A DNA stretch of 32,000 nt, from sequence record NC_010821.1, one strand, 5' to 3'. The notes under the pieces were generated by a model. It did not search any database. It was not told where the DNA came from and saw only the letters and a list, made by a program, of their open reading frames with translations. Shown piece after piece: positions 26,470 through 32,000 of this stretch. Within the stretch, counting starts at the first letter, position 1; the number at the start of each line of letters is the position of its first letter. Origin of the DNA: Pseudomonas phage 201phi2-1. Position numbers and translations under genes: made by a program.

Positions 26470-28311
26470 ATGTCTCGAGTTAAATTATTCGACTTCATCG
26501 GTTCGATTGCAAACGAATCGGTAAGTCATGACGCTGCAACGCACGTCGAAGTGAATACCAAAAACGATCTTCCTAAAAACGTACAGGAAGATACCGACAA
26601 AGTGGAAGTTGATAAAGACGTATCGGCTGATGCAACCAATACCAAAACTAGTGAGCCAGGTCCTAAGGACGGCGGTGGTGACGGTACGGCTGAATTCCAT
26701 TCTGCTGAGAAAGCTGCCACCCACATGAAAGTTGGAGATGTCGCCAAAAATATCGATCGTGATCAAAACGGTGGTCGTGACATCGACACCCTGCCTAACA
26801 AGGTAAACGCCAAAGATGGTTTGAGCTCAAGTGACATTAGTACTTCGGTTGAAGAACATTCTGATAAAGTCGAATCCGAATCTGAAGCAACTGAACTGGA
26901 GTCGATGGACGCTAGTGGTGCAGAAGAAGTTGGTGCAGCAGACGACATGATTGTCGATCTGGATTCCGAAGAAATGGAAATCTCTGGTCTGACTGAAGCC
27001 ACTGATAAAGGCCTGTCGGTAGCCGACGCTGCTTTCGCTAAAGTAGACGAACTCAATAAAGGCGTTGCCTCGATTGAGCGCTACATTGAGATGCTTGATC
27101 GCATTGATCGAGCCGGTCGTGAGTTTACTCCTGAACTCCGTCAGTCTATTAGCTGGGGTCTGGAATCGATCGATGGCGAACTGTTCTTTGATGAACGCGT
27201 AGCACTGGAATCGTGTGATCCGTCTGCACGCGTATCGCTTGAAGCTACAGGCGTGGCTGCCTCCGGTGCCCGCGAAGGTACTATTGATGATGGTGAAGAT
27301 CCGGGCGAAGTAAGTAAGGGTCTGAGTGCCAAACTTAAGAAACTGGTTGAAGCCAGTATCCGAATGTTCTGGCGTGCTGTTAATGCCGTAGTCGACATCT
27401 TCAACCACATGACCGGTGACATGAAGAAGATTCGTGACCATCTGTCTGACCTGCGTTCTAAAGCTAAGGTGCTGGATGGCGGTAAAGAGTTTAAAATGAA
27501 AGGCGCTCATCGCTTGATGGTTGGTGATGAATTTGTTGGTGATGGTCGTCAAGCTGTTGATCGTGTAACCCGCGTAGCTAACGAGCTGTTGATCGCATGG
27601 CCTAACCAACTCGGTAAGATCGTACAGAAGTGGGGTCAAGGTCGTCGTGGGGCAATGAGTAAGACTGAAGATGGTCATAACAACCATATCAATGAAGCTC
27701 GCCTGAAAGATGAATTTGCTGACGCCATTCGCCGTTCCTTCCGTGATATGCAAGCCCTGAGCCCTAATGACCGCGACAAAGTACCGTCCGGTTTCTTGGG
27801 TGTGGATAAGTTGATGTGGTCCGGTCCTCTGGCTGGCAACCGTGCTCTTTACATCGGTACCTCCGATGGCGGTAAGGACATGAAAGGTGCCATCAACTTT
27901 AGCTTCTCGGCTATTCCAGGTGAATCCACTCACGCTGGTGAAATTACCGTTGAGACCCCAACTGCTGGTGAGGCAATCGCCATCATTCGTGAACTTGAGA
28001 AAATGACTCATTTCATCGATGACGCCAAGCAAGGTATGAATACTATCAAGAAAGTCTACGATGGTATCTTCGGTGATTCAATCGAGCGTTTCTCACGTAC
28101 CGTGGCCTCTACACCACAGATGGAAGAATACTACCGTGGTGGTGATCTTGCTCTGACTGTATCACGTGTTACCTTTGATGCTAACCGTGAGTTCTTGGGT
28201 TACATGACCAGTATGGTTAAAGCCTACATTGGCTTCATCAGTGCTTCTATGAAAGCTGAAGGTGGTGGTGAGCAAGGGGACATCGAAGGTTCGGCAACCC
28301 GCGTAGATTAA
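26470..28311 (+). CDS. Putative internal virion protein with a long acidic N-terminal region
   Basis: 613 aa. Roughly the first 250 aa are strongly acidic and low-complexity. The C-terminal body is paralogous to the next gene. Confidence 0.55.
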   Translation: MSRVKLFDFIGSIANESVSHDAATHVEVNTKNDLPKNVQEDTDKVEVDKDVSADATNTKTSEPGPKDGGGDGTAEFHSAEKAATHMKVGDVAKNIDRDQNGGRDIDTLPNKVNAKDGLSSSDISTSVEEHSDKVESESEATELESMDASGAEEVGAADDMIVDLDSEEMEISGLTEATDKGLSVADAAFAKVDELNKGVASIERYIEMLDRIDRAGREFTPELRQSISWGLESIDGELFFDERVALESCDPSARVSLEATGVAASGAREGTIDDGEDPGEVSKGLSAKLKKLVEASIRMFWRAVNAVVDIFNHMTGDMKKIRDHLSDLRSKAKVLDGGKEFKMKGAHRLMVGDEFVGDGRQAVDRVTRVANELLIAWPNQLGKIVQKWGQGRRGAMSKTEDGHNNHINEARLKDEFADAIRRSFRDMQALSPNDRDKVPSGFLGVDKLMWSGPLAGNRALYIGTSDGGKDMKGAINFSFSAIPGESTHAGEITVETPTAGEAIAIIRELEKMTHFIDDAKQGMNTIKKVYDGIFGDSIERFSRTVASTPQMEEYYRGGDLALTVSRVTFDANREFLGYMTSMVKAYIGFISASMKAEGGGEQGDIEGSATRVD

Positions 28312-28320
28312 GGAACCAGT

Positions 28321-29514
28321 ATGACTACCCGATCCGACTATAAAACACTTATTCATGATTGGGAAAAGACTGGCAAGCTGTTTGCTTCTTTAGAACGATA
28401 CCAAGCAATCCTTGGTGACGAAGAAGTATCCAGTGAAGACGTAGCTTTCGTAATGAGTACTGCTCTTGAAAACATCGACCCTGAGTTCGATATCAAAGAG
28501 GGTAGTACCATTACTCTGCGCGCTATTAAAGAAGCACTCGTTGCAGCAGCTAAGGTCGCATGGGAAATCCTTAAACAGATCTACCAGTACCTTAACGCCT
28601 TGTATGTTCGATTCACTGGGAGTATCCGTCGTGTACGGGGCAATCAGGTTCGAGTGATGCGACGCTTGGCTTCTTTGGGATCTAAGACCTCGTATTCCAG
28701 TACGATCAACGTAGCTGGTTTGCAAAGACTTAGTGTTGACGGTAAGTTCGTCGGTATCGATATGTCCAACCTTCAGGACATTAAAGCTATCGCCAACTAT
28801 ACCCTCACTGTTTATCCACGTTGCGTAACGCAGATTGCACGTAATGCAAGCCGTCAATTCCTTAACCTTTTGGATACCGCTAATGGCGAAAATAACAAAG
28901 AAGTAAGTAAGCAACTTATTGAGGTGCTATCTGAGATCTTTGAACGTAATTTTCGTGAGCCGCCAGACTCGTCCGATGTACGTCAAGGTGAGATTGGTGG
29001 ACAAACTAAGTTCCTAAAGCGTAGTACTGCTCTGGTGGGTAACTCTGCATTTGTCTACACCGATCCACGTGTGATCGGTAATGAGTTCGGTAAGACTAAC
29101 GGTAATGCAGCTGATACCGTAGCCAGTGCCTTACACATGAACTTCCAAGAACTCAGTTTAAACGTAGCCGACAAATCTGAGCGTGAGATTGAGTTACCTA
29201 CCGTACGTGATCTTACACAACTGACTGAAGAGATCTCGAGAATCCTGACTATCGCTGAAAAGGCGGAATCAGGTAGACGTGATTTCAACTCGGTTAAAAC
29301 AGTTGTTGACGATGCTATTCGTCAAGCTATGGACAGCACCGAAAACAAAGCGGTTATACCTGTAGCACAGACGGTAATGACTGTACTGGGTGAAGTATCT
29401 AAGAAGCTCGCTGAGCCAATGGATAACTTCATGCATTGGTTAGCCATTACTCTGAACGTCTGGTTGAACTTCATCGATCACTGTGTTGACCACTATGAAC
29501 GTGAAGGTATCTGA
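28321..29514 (+). CDS. Putative internal virion protein, paralogue of the upstream gene
   Basis: Shared region: 'GLQRLSVDGKFVG...IKAIANYTL' here versus 'GAHRLMVGDEFVG...VTRVANELL' upstream. Confidence 0.55.
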   Translation: MTTRSDYKTLIHDWEKTGKLFASLERYQAILGDEEVSSEDVAFVMSTALENIDPEFDIKEGSTITLRAIKEALVAAAKVAWEILKQIYQYLNALYVRFTGSIRRVRGNQVRVMRRLASLGSKTSYSSTINVAGLQRLSVDGKFVGIDMSNLQDIKAIANYTLTVYPRCVTQIARNASRQFLNLLDTANGENNKEVSKQLIEVLSEIFERNFREPPDSSDVRQGEIGGQTKFLKRSTALVGNSAFVYTDPRVIGNEFGKTNGNAADTVASALHMNFQELSLNVADKSEREIELPTVRDLTQLTEEISRILTIAEKAESGRRDFNSVKTVVDDAIRQAMDSTENKAVIPVAQTVMTVLGEVSKKLAEPMDNFMHWLAITLNVWLNFIDHCVDHYEREGI

Positions 29515-29523
29515 CGACATATT

Positions 29524-29547
29524 GCCCAGCCTTAGTGGCTGGGCTTT
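29524..29547. terminator. Hairpin terminator between convergent genes
   Basis: GCCCAGCC-TTAGT-GGCTGGGC-TTT. Confidence 0.85.
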
Positions 29548-29553
29548 ATGCCG

Positions 29554-29820
29554 CTACGATGTAGTGGTTAAGTTAGGTCGTCCAGTTGCGGTGTCGCCAC
29601 AACTAGCTCGTGATCCAGCCATGCAGACCGGAATACCATTTACAAATACCTTAGCGGAACCTGTAATCATCACTGCACCTTGGTGCGGGCCAGATCCATG
29701 TGGTACAACTTCACAACCTACGACGGCTAAAGGGTTACTGTTGTAGAAGACCTTCTCGTTAGGTCCCGGTTTAATGATACCTCCTGCGGTATCCAAGTTG
29801 CATACGGAAATACCTGCCAT
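29554..29820 (-). CDS. PAAR-domain spike-tip protein
   Basis: '[19 protein letters not shown]...[17 protein letters not shown]' is PAAR-like. Start moved from 29844 to 29820, overlapping the upstream stop (TAATG). Confidence 0.88.
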   Translation of the reverse strand: MAGISVCNLDTAGGIIKPGPNEKVFYNSNPLAVVGCEVVPHGSGPHQGAVMITGSAKVFVNGIPVCMAGSRASCGDTATGRPNLTTTS

Positions 29821-30659
29821 TAGATAAAGTCCCAACGGGTGCACTTGGCTGTAATAGCTGGAGAGTCCAACGTCATCGAGCCAGATGCTTTAATAGTAGT
29901 GGTAGCAGACTCACTGGTGTAAGTCTGAGTCTTAGAAGTAATCGTACTCGGTGTCCACTCATGGGTTGTACCACCCACAGTCATTTTGATGTACTGGTCT
30001 GCTTTAAGATCAATCCATTGCTTCTCAACGTTAATGAATGAATCGTTTGCATTGCGTAGTCGGACACGAGTTTCCTTAGAATTGATTTCAAAGAAGTTAC
30101 CTACATCATCAGCGACTGCTACTGAACCATCTTTGGTATTTATCTGGACGGTGTAAGCAAACGGCTCACCATTCTTTTTAGTTGTTTGTAGATTGACATA
30201 TCCATTTAGTGGAGACACAATAGTCGTATAACAGCTGTCGAGTGATTGACCAGCTCCACCCGCATTGGGGGTTGCACCGTAGGCATTGACAACATGCTCT
30301 AGGGTACGTAGTCCATTACGCATGTTCATGCTACGCCAGAAGTATTTGGTCGAGTTACCCAAACGGTAGATCTCAACGAGTTCACCTCGACGGACGTCAG
30401 GTGGGGTAACACGGTTATCATCAAACGGGTACCATTCACATTCCAGATCGCGAGTAGCGGTACCTTTTACTTCGTAGGCGTTACCCTTAGCATCAATACC
30501 CTTCAAAATATCCTGTACTGGGTTATGTGTTACTTCACCATCAGTTGCAGATGCGGACTCAACCGGTAGTGCTTGGATGATCCTAGAGTCGTAAGATTTG
30601 TTCTTAGTAACATACCCAACACTGAATAAAAATAGTGCAGATTTAATATCAGTAGCCAT
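29820..30659 (-). CDS. Baseplate central spike protein (gpV/gp5-C-like)
   Basis: C-terminal beta-helix-like '[42 protein letters not shown]...', directly coupled to the PAAR gene. Confidence 0.75.
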   Translation of the reverse strand: MATDIKSALFLFSVGYVTKNKSYDSRIIQALPVESASATDGEVTHNPVQDILKGIDAKGNAYEVKGTATRDLECEWYPFDDNRVTPPDVRRGELVEIYRLGNSTKYFWRSMNMRNGLRTLEHVVNAYGATPNAGGAGQSLDSCYTTIVSPLNGYVNLQTTKKNGEPFAYTVQINTKDGSVAVADDVGNFFEINSKETRVRLRNANDSFINVEKQWIDLKADQYIKMTVGGTTHEWTPSTITSKTQTYTSESATTTIKASGSMTLDSPAITAKCTRWDFI

Positions 30660-30717
30660 TGTAATTAACCTTTTACTTGGTTGTATAGATCTATAAGATT
30701 ACTTAAGGATTCTCAAA

Positions 30718-32000
30718 ATGCAAATTAGTCTAATGCGTCTGAAGTCGTATAAGCGACTGATGCGTTCAGGTATTCAATCCTTCGAATGGACCCCTACCAA
30801 ACAACTGATGCTGATCATTGGTTCAAACGGTTCGGGTAAGTCGAGTATCATGGACGAGCTATCACCGCTTCCGGCCCGACACAAAGCTTTTCTTAAAGGT
30901 GGCGAAAAGGAATTTCATTGTTATCATAATGGCAACCTCTATGTCCTTAAGTCAGTTTACAATCATGGTACAGGTGACCACTCATTCATCCGTAATGATG
31001 AGGAGCTTAACTCGGGTGGCACATTCAAGATCCAAGAAGACCTCTGCCTCCAAGAGTTTGGCTTGACTCGTGAAATCCACGACATCATGACCGGTCGTAC
31101 TCTCTTTACTGACTTGAGTACAGCGGAACGACGTAAGCTATTGACTAAGATGTCTGTAGTTAATCTGGATTATGCATTCGATATCTTCCAGAAACTGAAG
31201 ATTGAATCTCGCTCTCAGAAAGGTACAGTGGATACTATCACTCGTCGACTGGTTAACGAGAACCATGACATTCCATCTGATGCCGAAATGCAATTGATGC
31301 GTTTGGACAACCAGAAACTGAATGATCGATTGAATCAATTGTTCACTGCTCGTCAACCAAATGTTAAGCAAGGATTCAATAATGAAGAAGAAGCCGCTTC
31401 AGCTCTCTCCCAACTTGTTGAGCGTGCTAAAAGTTTGCTCTATAGTTACCCTAAGCTACCCGCGGGGTTTATTTCGAATTCCAGAGAAGACTTCGCAGAA
31501 CAAAAGCAACTCGTTGCAGGACAATGTTCCGCTATTCAGGCCGTAATCCAACGGATGGCTGAAGAACTAGAGTCCTTGAGGGGTTCTAATAGTGCGGAGT
31601 TTGAAGTTTCACCTGAGCAGCTAACTGGACTGCAATCGGAGATAGAACAACTACAAGCTCGTATTGACGAAGCACAGGCTAAGTTCGACCTAACTAAACC
31701 AAAGTTACCGATCTTTAACTTAGACCTCACCAACGATCCCCTAGGACGTCTGGAAGGTATGTTCTCTCGATGGATGGCTTCTATTAATGCTTTCCCTGAA
31801 AACGCCGATGGTTATATCTCGCGTCATGCCTATGAAGCCACAGTGCAGAACGCACAAGCTAACCATGAGAAGCGACGTAAGATGCAAGAGGCCTATCAGA
31901 TTGCTAGCCAAAGGTTGGCTCGACTGAAAGGTTGCGATACTGTAGTTTGTGTTAAGTGTGAACATGAGTTCAAACCGGGGATGGATGAATCAGAAGGTCC
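30718..32000 (+). CDS. SbcC/Rad50/T4 gp46-like recombination nuclease ATPase subunit (5' part, runs off window)
   Basis: Absent from the ORF track because there is no stop in the window. Walker A 'IIGSNGSGKSSIMDEL', coiled-coil-like region and a zinc-hook candidate 'VVCVKCEHEFKPG' (CVKC codons at 31948-31959). AAGGA RBS. Confidence 0.9.
   Translation, partial: MQISLMRLKSYKRLMRSGIQSFEWTPTKQLMLIIGSNGSGKSSIMDELSPLPARHKAFLKGGEKEFHCYHNGNLYVLKSVYNHGTGDHSFIRNDEELNSGGTFKIQEDLCLQEFGLTREIHDIMTGRTLFTDLSTAERRKLLTKMSVVNLDYAFDIFQKLKIESRSQKGTVDTITRRLVNENHDIPSDAEMQLMRLDNQKLNDRLNQLFTARQPNVKQGFNNEEEAASALSQLVERAKSLLYSYPKLPAGFISNSREDFAEQKQLVAGQCSAIQAVIQRMAEELESLRGSNSAEFEVSPEQLTGLQSEIEQLQARIDEAQAKFDLTKPKLPIFNLDLTNDPLGRLEGMFSRWMASINAFPENADGYISRHAYEATVQNAQANHEKRRKMQEAYQIASQRLARLKGCDTVVCVKCEHEFKPGMDESEG

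Noticed and set aside
26827-28032. 401-aa antisense ORF inside the 26470-28311 gene
   Set aside because: It lies entirely within a well-supported sense gene and its product has no domain logic. Codon bias of the sense strand can keep an antisense frame open.
29554-30659. PAAR/spike pair as part of a type VI secretion system
   Set aside because: The surrounding genes are phage lysis, fibre and recombination genes. There are no Tss components, so a phage baseplate spike is the simpler reading.

Overview
This window looks like part of a large tailed-phage genome (Caudoviricetes, probably a jumbo myovirus). I cannot assign a genus or host from sequence alone. From left to right it contains: (1) a cluster of tail-fibre/adhesin-like genes, including three paralogues in tandem; (2) a 2OG-Fe(II) oxygenase (prolyl-4-hydroxylase-like) followed by a possible non-catalytic relative; (3) a RuvC-like resolvase; (4) a lysis region with overlapping i-spanin/o-spanin genes, a holin-like one-TM protein and a PG-binding + N-acetylmuramidase endolysin; (5) a ~1480-aa fibre protein with 18 copies of a ~25-27 aa 'SAYQ..' repeat, collagen-like G-X-Y tracts and small beta-like modules; (6) a minus-strand run of uncharacterised genes, one with a DUF4326-like motif and one with a weak RpoB-C-terminus-like segment, ending at a UvsX/RecA-like recombinase; (7) an RNase HI fused to a large uncharacterised C-terminal region; (8) a lipoprotein and a small membrane protein; (9) a structural block with two paralogous, possibly protease-processed, internal-virion-like proteins; (10) a baseplate spike and PAAR tip pair; (11) the 5' part of an SbcC/gp46-like nuclease ATPase that runs off the window. 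Hairpin terminators sit at most strand switches. The best leads are the prolyl-hydroxylase/collagen-fibre pairing, the minus-strand unknown cluster, the RNase H fusion and the paralogous virion proteins. I saw no CRISPR array, tRNA, transposon or obvious defence system.
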